Source: Lachnospiraceae bacterium HCP1S3_C2
Lineage (GTDB): Bacteria; Bacillota; Clostridia; Lachnospirales; Lachnospiraceae
Direction: 5' to 3' (one strand)
DNA length: 64,000 nt
Assembly: GCA_052066835.1 (NCBI GenBank)
Contig: JBQHRJ010000002.1
Positions 1 to 9,200 of this stretch are shown piece after piece. The notes beneath the pieces are model-generated. The model was not told the origin of the DNA and ran no database searches. It saw only the letters and a list, made by a program, of their open reading frames with translations. Both the position numbers and the translations under genes were made by a program. Every line of letters starts with the position of its first letter. The stretch's first letter is position 1.

Positions 1-1863
1 TTTTGCATTATATAACGCTTCATCCGCCTGCGCAAGTACATTATCCATAGATTCTTCGCTGTCATTCAATACTACAACTCCGCCAGACACACCCTTGATT
101 CCAATCACTTCGTTTACGACATCAACCTTCACTTCTTCAAACATTTTCCACAGTCTTTCTAATCTGTCACCTATCTCATCGCGATTTTCACATCCGTACA
201 TCATTATACAAAACTCATCTCCGGAGCGCCTTGCAGAAATACATCTGTACTTTGATACCTTATTAAGCACCGCAGCAAATGCCTTTAAATAATTATCTCC
301 CGCATCATGTCCATATGTGTCATTTACACTCTTAAAATCATCAAGATCCATCATAACAACCGCACACAAATTGTCATCTTTCACGGATTTTAAAAGTCTG
401 CTGCCCTGATTTTTAAAATATTTATATCTGTACAATCCCGTCAACTGGTCATGCTCATTTACGTATTTCATTTCCAGCTTTCTCTTAGTATCCTCTGTTA
501 CATCAGTTATAATACCCACATAACCGTTTTTCTCATCAACCATCCTGATATGCACATACTTATCTTCTGCTACCTGATACACATCATTCTCTCCCGGTAT
601 AGGTTCACTCATTATTCTCTTTATCATGCCATAGAACAGATTTTTATCCTTATATAAAAGTTCTATATCATCATCCCCAAGACACAACATTTTCTTTAAT
701 CCGTTAGTAACAAATACATGCTGCATATCATCATTATATTCAAACGCAACCAATGGCATATCATTAATGTCTATTATCTTTGCAAGTCTGTCTGAGGCAT
801 TTACAATGCTTCTTACCATCTTATTTATGCCTTCGCTCAGTTCTTCAAATTCTGGATTTCCACCTACATTTACATTTGTGCTAAGATTGCCGTCCGTTAT
901 CCTTCTAACATCCCTTAATATTCCATGTATGCCTTTTATAACATTTTTCTCCACAAGATAATTGAGAAGTGCTATGGCAATCAGTTCAATAAAAAGCATA
1001 TATACAAGCGTTAAAATGATATTCTTCCAATAGCTCTCAAACATATTACTAATGTCCATCGAACCCCCTATAAGTGTATCCCCTGCCTTTTTTGTCACTA
1101 CATACTTGTATTTGCCGTCAAGTTTACACAAAAATCCTTTTCCCTCTTTAAGATTTGATACGTCATAATCCTTTTTATTATAATCATCATTCGTATGTGC
1201 AATAACTTTATTTTCATTTATATCTACCGCAAAATAAGCTTCTCCGTAATTTTTAATGAAATGCGAATAAATATACTGATATGTATATCTCTCCTGCGCC
1301 TCCATTTGCCTTACCGGTTCAAGTCCTATCTGAACTATTCCTCTGCTCGCTCCACTTCCCACAGCCACTCCAACATATTTCATCATCTTTGATTCAGCGG
1401 TGTTTGGCTGCGCCTCCTGAATAAAATATTCAAGATTTCCATCAAGAAGCTGCAAAAACTCTCTTGTCTGATCACCATCATGAAAATCTATTCCCACATA
1501 CTTTTCTACTGATGAACTTCTGATAATACCATCAGCATCTATAGCATGAATCTCATCCACGTTAAGCAGCTTTGCAAGTTCCTGTAATTCATCTACATTA
1601 CTGCATTTTTCAGGATTCATCTCTATTACATATGCAGCCGCACGGGCTCTTGTAAGATAATCCTCATCAAGATTTTTCTTTATACTGTCTAATTCAGTTT
1701 TATTATTCTGCATCATGCTTATTATCTGGTCAATCTTAACAATGCTCATGTTATTTCTCTGTTTCACGACATAATACATATTAGTCACGCAACTAATCAA
1801 AAACATAACCATAACCGAAAATGTCATAACCATTATAGTATTTTTTCTGAAAATCTTCTGCAT
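1..1863 (-). CDS. Sensor diguanylate cyclase (periplasmic sensor + HAMP-like + GGDEF), C-terminus cut by window edge
   Basis: Manual minus-strand translation from ATG at 1861-1863: N-terminal TM segment, extracellular region, second TM, then a GGDEF domain (DQLTGLYRYKYF, DLDDFKSVNDTYGHDAGD, RRSGDEF = SGDEF variant of the GGDEF motif). No stop codon before position 1. The ORF track missed it because the ORF is incomplete. Confidence 0.7.
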   Translation of the reverse strand, partial: MQKIFRKNTIMVMTFSVMVMFLISCVTNMYYVVKQRNNMSIVKIDQIISMMQNNKTELDSIKKNLDEDYLTRARAAAYVIEMNPEKCSNVDELQELAKLLNVDEIHAIDADGIIRSSSVEKYVGIDFHDGDQTREFLQLLDGNLEYFIQEAQPNTAESKMMKYVGVAVGSGASRGIVQIGLEPVRQMEAQERYTYQYIYSHFIKNYGEAYFAVDINENKVIAHTNDDYNKKDYDVSNLKEGKGFLCKLDGKYKYVVTKKAGDTLIGGSMDISNMFESYWKNIILTLVYMLFIELIAIALLNYLVEKNVIKGIHGILRDVRRITDGNLSTNVNVGGNPEFEELSEGINKMVRSIVNASDRLAKIIDINDMPLVAFEYNDDMQHVFVTNGLKKMLCLGDDDIELLYKDKNLFYGMIKRIMSEPIPGENDVYQVAEDKYVHIRMVDEKNGYVGIITDVTEDTKRKLEMKYVNEHDQLTGLYRYKYFKNQGSRLLKSVKDDNLCAVVMMDLDDFKSVNDTYGHDAGDNYLKAFAAVLNKVSKYRCISARRSGDEFCIMMYGCENRDEIGDRLERLWKMFEEVKVDVVNEVIGIKGVSGGVVVLNDSEESMDNVLAQADEALYNAK

Positions 1864-1973
1864 AGTACCCCTCTTTTCGCTTGTCATTGTAATTTTCTAT
1901 GATTACATAGTGCTTACAGTCTTGTGCAATAAAAAAACGCACAGTCATATCTGAATAACTGTACGTTCTGTAA

Positions 1974-2046
1974 AGCGCGAGACGGGACTCGAACCCGCGG
2001 CCCCGACCTTGGCAAGGTCGTGCTCCACCAACTGAGCCACTCGCGC
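1974..2046 (-). tRNA. tRNA-Gly (anticodon GCC)
   Basis: Reverse complement reads gcgcgag-tggctcagttggtggagcac-gaccttGCCaaggtc-...-ggttcgagtcccgt-ctcgcgc. It has a 7-bp acceptor stem, a TpsiC-like GGTTCGAGTCC, and anticodon loop cuuGCCaa. CCA is not encoded. Confidence 0.85.
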
Positions 2047-2075
2047 ATGCATCAAATGCATAAATAATTATACAG

Positions 2076-2825
2076 CTACATCATGTTATTGTCAATAACA
2101 TTTTTAATAGAAATCACATATTCAAGATTATTATATTTCTTATCCTTGAATGATGGTATCTGTTTACTGACTATATCTATCCACTGGCTGTCTGCCGTCA
2201 TATCAATATTTGCCCTGGCTATTCCGATATTTATATGATTGTAATGAGCCGTTACAGGTAAATGTGCCTTTTTCATAAACAAATGCAGACTGTCTTTATA
2301 TACAAGCATTCTCCACGGCTGCGAATTAAAAGATGAAGGTGCCATTCTCACCGCCTCTATAAGTTTATCAATATTGACATTCGGTGTATCTTTAAATGTA
2401 CATATATCCTGTTGTGTATGCCTTGAAGCTTCTATGGATTCTCTGAAACATTCCTCATCAGCATATCCGAATGCAACCACAATAACTTTTTTCCTTCCTT
2501 TTGCATCACGCTTTGCAGCATACCCGGAGCTTCCCTGATAGCAGCATCCCAATCCCATGGATACAAGATACATAACCATGTACTGCATAACATATCCCGC
2601 ATTTTCGCCATATCCCTCTTTCTCCTCTGAGTATATGGTTATATAATGTGGTGCCTTTGCTTTCTTTGAACCTGCTACAACTTCTATATTAATATCTATA
2701 TCATCATACAGTCTCTCCACTGTATCAGCATAAGCTACAATATCGCCTATTACTTCCTTCGGTAAAATCCTGTCCTCAAATTTTCTGACTGTTTTTCTTT
2801 TTATAATAGCTTCGTATAAATCCAT
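2076..2825 (-). CDS. Nitroreductase-family flavoprotein
   Basis: 249-aa ORF. N-terminal KRKTVRKF and the NSQPWR motif are typical of NADH nitroreductase-like folds. Confidence 0.65.
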   Translation of the reverse strand: MDLYEAIIKRKTVRKFEDRILPKEVIGDIVAYADTVERLYDDIDINIEVVAGSKKAKAPHYITIYSEEKEGYGENAGYVMQYMVMYLVSMGLGCCYQGSSGYAAKRDAKGRKKVIVVAFGYADEECFRESIEASRHTQQDICTFKDTPNVNIDKLIEAVRMAPSSFNSQPWRMLVYKDSLHLFMKKAHLPVTAHYNHINIGIARANIDMTADSQWIDIVSKQIPSFKDKKYNNLEYVISIKNVIDNNMM

Positions 2826-2918
2826 TAGACCCTGATCCTTTCATGGCACATCTTCTATAACGTTATTCTACTACACATATATCATATTTTCTATTATTTT
2901 TTTTATTTTTATTATATA

Positions 2919-3047
2919 ATAAGATTCAGGTGTAAAAAGTGTGCTACGCACCAGCCAAGCACAATATGTGATATTGCAAGCTAGCTTGCAAATACACATA
3001 CTTGTGTTGGCTAGTCCCCGTAGGGGCTTTTTACACCTGAATCTTAT
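2919..3047. repeat. Palindromic/structured intergenic repeat, copy A (21-bp terminal inverted repeat, conserved about 95-nt core, internal GC hairpin + T-tract)
   Basis: ataagattcaggtgtaaaaag ... ctttttacacctgaatcttat inverted repeats flank the core gcaccagcc..aatatgtgatattgcaagc(t)agcttgcaaatacacata..ggctagtccccgtaggggcttttt. Related copies are at 35611-35733 and 55520-55569. Confidence 0.6.
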
Positions 3048-3082
3048 TAATCGTAATATCTATATAGAAAGGCAGACCTTAA

Positions 3083-3865
3083 ATGAACATATATGCAACC
3101 AGCCATTTAGACAACACATTACAATCTGATATCACAAAACTTGCAAGACTGTGCGCCAAATACGACGGTACAAGCGAACATATTTTTCTTGAGGAAGACA
3201 TAAACGCTCTTCCTGAGCTTCCGGCATATTATATAGCCACAACTAAACCTGATAATACGCTTATCGGATATATGGGTGTTTTTACGCCTGATGAATACAG
3301 TTGCGAAGTCTACTGTTATGTTCACCCTGAATATAGAAACCAACATATATTTACCAGTTTATCAGCTCTCCTTAAGAAGAATCTTAAAAATTATGGCACA
3401 GATACCATATACTTTGTGGCTGCTCCTGATTCTATCACGGCCACAAAGGTTGCACAACACTTACATGCCCGCCACGAACCATCAGACTATATACTCATAA
3501 ATACTCTTGGAAACCGAATTGTTTCCACCGGCACAAACGATACATTATATATAGAAGAACTTCCGCACGAAGAAGAATCAGAAGAAACCGTATCAATCAT
3601 TAATGATGGCATACGCATAGGCGAATGTGGTCTTTTTTTCCTCGGTTCCTGTGCAACAATACATGGTTTTGAAATATTTGAAAAATACAGAAATAAAGGA
3701 TTTGGAAAACTTTCCCTCAATCTGATACTCGATTTTCTGGCCGATAAAAATATAACAGATGTTATACTTCATGTTACAGAAAGCAATAAAGCCGCCTGTC
3801 ATCTGTATATGACAAACGGCTTCCATATAAAGGAACAGACTGATTATTATTCAATTAATATCTAG
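3083..3865 (+). CDS. GNAT-family N-acetyltransferase (two GNAT-like halves)
   Basis: 260 aa. The C-terminal half has a typical acetyl-CoA binding motif region (RNKGFGKLSLNLILDFL...ILHVTESNKAACHLYMTNGF). The N-terminal half has a second degenerate GNAT-like segment. Confidence 0.6.
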   Translation: MNIYATSHLDNTLQSDITKLARLCAKYDGTSEHIFLEEDINALPELPAYYIATTKPDNTLIGYMGVFTPDEYSCEVYCYVHPEYRNQHIFTSLSALLKKNLKNYGTDTIYFVAAPDSITATKVAQHLHARHEPSDYILINTLGNRIVSTGTNDTLYIEELPHEEESEETVSIINDGIRIGECGLFFLGSCATIHGFEIFEKYRNKGFGKLSLNLILDFLADKNITDVILHVTESNKAACHLYMTNGFHIKEQTDYYSINI

Positions 3866-3889
3866 GGTATAAGAGGCAAAAGCCCCCGT

Positions 3890-4588
3890 CTAATCAAGCA
3901 GATCAAACTCCGGTCCGTTATGCCAGTAGCATAAAACAGCCTTTCCCAATATACTGTCCTCCGGAACAAAATGTGTAGTCTTCCAATATCTTGAGTCCCA
4001 TGAATTGTTTCTGTTATCACCAAGAACAAAATAACTATTATCCGGCACTGTTATCTCATCAAAGTCTCCCGAGTCATCTCTTGCCACCTTGTTACCATCA
4101 CGGTCTTTGTATACAACATAGCTTTCATTCTGTTTTACGCCATTTATGTATACAATACCATCAGACATCTTAACACGGTCTCCCGGAACGCCTATAACTC
4201 TTTTCACATAATTTTTTGACGGATCATCCGGATATTTAAATATAATGACATCGCCTCTCTCCGGCTTTGAATTAAATTTGTAGCTCCATCTCCACCCTAT
4301 CATTCTGCTGTCTGTCATTATCGTATTTTCCATTGATCCCGTCGGAACCTCGGCATTGACTATAAGGACATGATCAATAAATACTGCTGCAAATACTGCA
4401 AATACTGCAACCTTCAGCCAACTGAAAATCTCCTTTTTTAAATCAAACTTTTCTTCCGGCTCACTTTTTTTATCTTCTACAGGAATCTTTTCCGCTGAAT
4501 CGACTACCTTCTCAACATTTTCCTCTTCTTCATCTTCTCCCCAGTAAATAATCTCTATATCATCATCTGTATAATTATTTTTTGACAT
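3890..4588 (-). CDS. lepB: Signal peptidase I (S26) with acidic N-terminal extension
   Basis: Has PTGSMENTI (catalytic Ser box), KRVIGVPGD, and GDNRNNSWDSRYW boxes. Start moved to the ATG at 4588, which has a GGAGA RBS 7 nt upstream. The track ORF starts at 4630 and lacks an RBS. Confidence 0.8.
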   Translation of the reverse strand: MSKNNYTDDDIEIIYWGEDEEEENVEKVVDSAEKIPVEDKKSEPEEKFDLKKEIFSWLKVAVFAVFAAVFIDHVLIVNAEVPTGSMENTIMTDSRMIGWRWSYKFNSKPERGDVIIFKYPDDPSKNYVKRVIGVPGDRVKMSDGIVYINGVKQNESYVVYKDRDGNKVARDDSGDFDEITVPDNSYFVLGDNRNNSWDSRYWKTTHFVPEDSILGKAVLCYWHNGPEFDLLD

Positions 4589-4733
4589 ATCATTCTCCAT
4601 TCTGCACCCACAAATCTGCGCCCGGCTCATCGTTTAAACGGGAGTCTGCTAAGCAAACTCCCGTTCAGACTATATGATATTATAGCACAGTTATGTGAAC
4701 ATAATGTGAAATCATTCCTGATAATATTTTATT

Positions 4734-6218
4734 CTACAGATTTGTGTAACCCATAAGACTCTCATCTACCTCGCGTGCGGCATCACGTCCTTCACGAATT
4801 CCCCACACTACGAGCGACTGTCCTCTGTGCATATCTCCTGCTACAAACACATTCTTTACATTTGTGGCATGGCATCCGGCATCTGTCTTAACATTTGTAC
4901 GTTCATTTACCTCTACACCGAAAGCATCTGTTACATATTTCTGGCTTCCAAGGAATCCTGCTGCAATAAGTACAAGCTCTGCCTCTACTTCATACTCGCT
5001 TCCTTCTATTTCTACCATGTTCATTCTTCCGGTCTTCGGATCTTTCTTTCCCTCAAGCTTTACAAGCTGTACCTTACAGAGATTTCCTTTTTTATCTGCT
5101 ATAAATTTCTTAACTGTTGTACAGTATACTCTAGGGTCATGTCCAAATACTGCTATAGCCTCTTCCTGACCATAATCAGTTTTGCACACTCTCGGCCACT
5201 CCGGCCATGGATTATTTTCTGCTCTTTCATCCGGTGCCTTAGGCATCATTTCAAGCTGAAGTACTGACTTCGCACCATGTCTTATAGATGTTCCTACGCA
5301 GTCATTACCTGTATCACCACCACCTATAACTATTACATTCTTTCCTTTTGCAGAAATGTATGTTCCATCTTTAAGTCCTGTATCAAGCAGGCTCTTTGTT
5401 GTGGATTTAAGAAAATCAACGGCAAAATATATACCGTTTGCTTCACGTCCCGGTGCCTTTATATCTCTCGGATTAGAAGCACCGCAACACAATACAACCC
5501 TGTCATATTTTTTAAGAATTTCAGATGCCTTTATATCCTTTCCTATATCAGCATTTGTAACAAATTCCACGCCCTCTTCTTTCATAATCTCTACTTTTCT
5601 GTCGATGACATGTTTTTCGAGTTTCATATTAGGGATTCCATACATTAACAGTCCGCCTATCCTGTCAGAACGCTCATATACTGTTACACTATGGCCTCTC
5701 TGATTGAGCTGGTCTGCTGTTGCAAGTCCCGAAGGACCCGAACCTATGACAGCCACCTTCTTACCTGTTCTCACCTTTGGAATCCTTGGCTTTGCATAAC
5801 CTTCTTTATACGCATTTTCAATAATTGCATACTCATTCTGTTTAGATGCCACTGCATTTCCGTTAAGTCCGCATGTACATGCATTCTCACACAATGCCGG
5901 ACATACTCTTCCGGTAAATTCCGGAAAATTGTTTGTCTTATGCAGTCTTGCGTATGCCTGCTCCCAGTTTCCGTTATATAACAAATCATTCCACTCCGGA
6001 ACCAGATTGTTAAGCGGACATCCTGACACCATTCCGCCGAGTACCATTCCTGCCTGGCAGAAAGGTACTCCGCAATCCATACATCTTGCACCCTGAAGCT
6101 GCTGCTTCTCTTTAGGAAGAGGAGTATGGAACTCGTTAAAATTTTTTATTCTCTGTTTCGGAGGTACAGCCACGCTGTTCTCACGTTCATAATCTAAAAA
6201 TCCTGTCGGTTTACCCAT
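4734..6218 (-). CDS. gltD: Glutamate synthase (NADPH) small subunit
   Basis: 494 aa. N-terminal Fe-S cysteine cluster (CMDCGVPFC..C..C), FAD/NAD Rossmann motifs (VAVIGSGPSG, VIGGGDTGNDC). Directly downstream of gltB. Confidence 0.85.
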   Translation of the reverse strand: MGKPTGFLDYERENSVAVPPKQRIKNFNEFHTPLPKEKQQLQGARCMDCGVPFCQAGMVLGGMVSGCPLNNLVPEWNDLLYNGNWEQAYARLHKTNNFPEFTGRVCPALCENACTCGLNGNAVASKQNEYAIIENAYKEGYAKPRIPKVRTGKKVAVIGSGPSGLATADQLNQRGHSVTVYERSDRIGGLLMYGIPNMKLEKHVIDRKVEIMKEEGVEFVTNADIGKDIKASEILKKYDRVVLCCGASNPRDIKAPGREANGIYFAVDFLKSTTKSLLDTGLKDGTYISAKGKNVIVIGGGDTGNDCVGTSIRHGAKSVLQLEMMPKAPDERAENNPWPEWPRVCKTDYGQEEAIAVFGHDPRVYCTTVKKFIADKKGNLCKVQLVKLEGKKDPKTGRMNMVEIEGSEYEVEAELVLIAAGFLGSQKYVTDAFGVEVNERTNVKTDAGCHATNVKNVFVAGDMHRGQSLVVWGIREGRDAAREVDESLMGYTNL

Positions 6219-6232
6219 TCCATTGTCCTCCT

Positions 6233-9200
6233 TTAATTTTTCTCACCGGTCATTGCATAGAAGGCTTCTATCTGTGCCTGTTCACTGCTAAGACCCTTTT
6301 CTTCCATCTGTACGATTGCCATCATCATCTTGTTATAATCATGTGGTATTACCTTCTTGAATTTTGGCAGATACTCACCAAAGTTCTCAAGAATCTCTTT
6401 ACCTTTTGCAGAATTTGTGTATGCAACATGATCTGTAATAATCTGTTTAAGTTCCATAACATCATATTTAGATGTTATTTCTGTAGAAGAAACCATTGAT
6501 TTATTAAGTTTCATATATAAATCTCTGTTTTCATCAAGCACGTAAGCTATACCGCCGCTCATACCTGCTGCAAAGTTCTTACCTGTAGGTCCGAGTATAA
6601 CGGCACGTCCTCCTGTCATATATTCGCATCCATGATCACCAACACCTTCTACTACGGCTGTTGCGCCTGAATTACGAACACAGAAACGTTCGCCTGCCAC
6701 ACCGTTTATATATGCCTTACCACTTGTGGCACCATACAACGCTACGTTACCGATAATTATATTTTCTTCTGCTTTATATGAAATTCCCTTTGGAGGATAA
6801 ACTATAAGTTTACCACCTGAAAGTCCTTTACCAAAGTAATCATTACTGTCACCTACAAGTTCAAGCGTAAGTCCCTTTGGAATGAATGCGCCAAAACTCT
6901 GTCCGCCTGCTCCCGTACATTTTACGGTAAATGTATCTTCCTCAAGGCTTTCACCATATTTTGCAGTTATCTCTGAACCAAATATAGTACCAAATGATCT
7001 GTCAGTATTTGTAACGTCCACCTCAATACTTCTCTTCTGTTTCTTCTCAAGTGCCGGTCCGAGTTTCTTCAAAAGCACACGTTCATCAAGTGTTTTCTCA
7101 AGCTGGAAATCATATACATTTTTATTGTTATATTCAATCTTCTCAGCATTTGCAAAATCAGAATTAAGTATCTTAGAAAGATCTACTTCACTGGCCTTAC
7201 CTGATGTAACACCCTTCTTTGCAACAAGAAGATCTGTTCTTCCTACAAGCTCATCAACTGTTCTGATGCCGAGCTTAGCCATATATTCTCTTAATTCCTG
7301 TGCTATAAACTTCATAAAGTTTACAACATATTCAGGTTTACCTTTAAATTTCTTTCTGAGTTCAGGATTCTGTGTAGCAACACCAACCGGACATGTGTCA
7401 AGGTTACATACTCTCATCATTACACATCCCATAGTTACAAGCGGAGCTGTTGCAAATCCGTACTCTTCAGCACCAAGCATTGCAGCTATTGCCACATCTC
7501 TACCACTCATAAGTTTTCCGTCTGTCTCAATGATAACCTTATTTCTAAGTCCGTTCATTATAAGTGTCTGCTGTACTTCTGCAAGTCCGAGCTCCCAAGG
7601 AAGTCCTGCATTGTGAATAGAGTTTCTAGGTGCTGCACCTGTACCTCCGTCATATCCTGATACAAGTATTACCTGTGCACCTGCTTTTGCAACACCGGCT
7701 GCAACAGTACCAACGCCTGCCTCTGAAACAAGTTTTACTGATATTCTGGCTTTTCTGTTTGCATTCTTACAATCATATATAAGCTGTGCTAAATCCTCGA
7801 TAGAATATATATCATGGTGTGGCGGTGGAGATATAAGACTTACACCCGGTGTTGAATGTCTGGTCTTTGCTATCCAAGGATAAACCTTTTTGCCCGGAAG
7901 ATGTCCGCCCTCACCCGGCTTAGCACCCTGTGCCATCTTAATCTGTATCTCCTGTGCACTCATCAGATATTTTGATGTAACACCAAAACGTCCTGATGCT
8001 ACCTGCTTAATAGCCGAACAACGGTTAAGTCCGTCTTTTGAAGGCTCAAGTCTCTCATCACTCTCTCCACCTTCACCGCTGTTTGATTTACCATGGAGCA
8101 TGTTCATTGCAATCGCCATAGTTTCATGTGCTTCCTGTGAAATAGAACCATATGACATGGCACCTGTCTTAAATCTCTTAACAATCGAATCAACACTTTC
8201 AACTTCATCAATCGGAATAGGTTTGTCAGCATATTTAAAATCAATAAGTCCTCTTAAATGAACTGCATCCATCTCCTCATCAATGAGATGTGTATACTGT
8301 TTAAATATATCATAGTTTCCTGTTCTGGTTGCAACCTGAAGCATATGAATAGTCTGAGGATTGTAAAGATGCTCCTCTTTTCCACTTCTGAACTTATGAC
8401 TTCCCTTACTCTCAAGAGTATCATCAACACCAAGTCCCAGTGAATCAAATGCCTTAGAATGAAGTTCATTAACTCTGTCTTCTATATCTTTAAGTGTAAT
8501 TCCCTCTATTCTGCTTACTGTATTTGTAAAATATTTATCTATTACTTCTGAGCTTATACCTATTGCCTCAAATATCTGAGAACCCTGATATGACTGTATT
8601 GTAGAAATACCCATCTTAGATGCAATCTTTACAATGCCGCTTATAATTGCCTTGTTGTAATCTTCTACTGCTGCATAATAATCTTTATCAAGCATTCTGT
8701 TGTCTATAAGTTCTTTTATAGTTTCCTGTGCAAGATATGGATTTATGGCACATGCTCCATATCCGAGCAATGTTGCAAAATGATGTACTTCTCTAGGTTC
8801 ACCACTCTCAAGCACAAGTGCAAGACTTGTTCTCTTCTTAGTCACTACAAGGTGCTGGTGAAGTGCTGACACTGCCAGAAGTGAAGGAATGGCAACATGG
8901 TTCTCATCAACACCACGGTCAGACAATATAAGTATATTTGCTCCATCCTTATGTGCTCTGTCTGCCTCAAGGAACAAATGATCAATAGCTTTCTGCAATG
9001 ATGTATTCTTATAATATGTGGTCGGAATAACAACAACCTTGAATCCCGGTACATTCATATTTTTAATTTTCAATATATCCGTATTTGTAAGTATCGGATT
9101 ATGAACCTTAAGAACCTGACAGTTTTCAGGACATTCCTCAAGAATATTTCCGTCCTTACCTATATATACTGTTGTAGATGTAACTATTTCCTCTCGGATT

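Noticed and set aside
95-1392. Four short + strand ORFs (95-292, 451-657, 767-961, 1195-1392)
   Set aside because: They are antisense to one continuous minus-strand ORF (1-1863) whose GGDEF-domain product I translated by hand. The short ORFs are low-complexity and motif-less.
2941-3129. 62-aa + ORF spanning repeat copy A
   Set aside because: It runs straight through the palindromic repeat and the GNAT start region. Its sequence is dictated by the inverted repeats.
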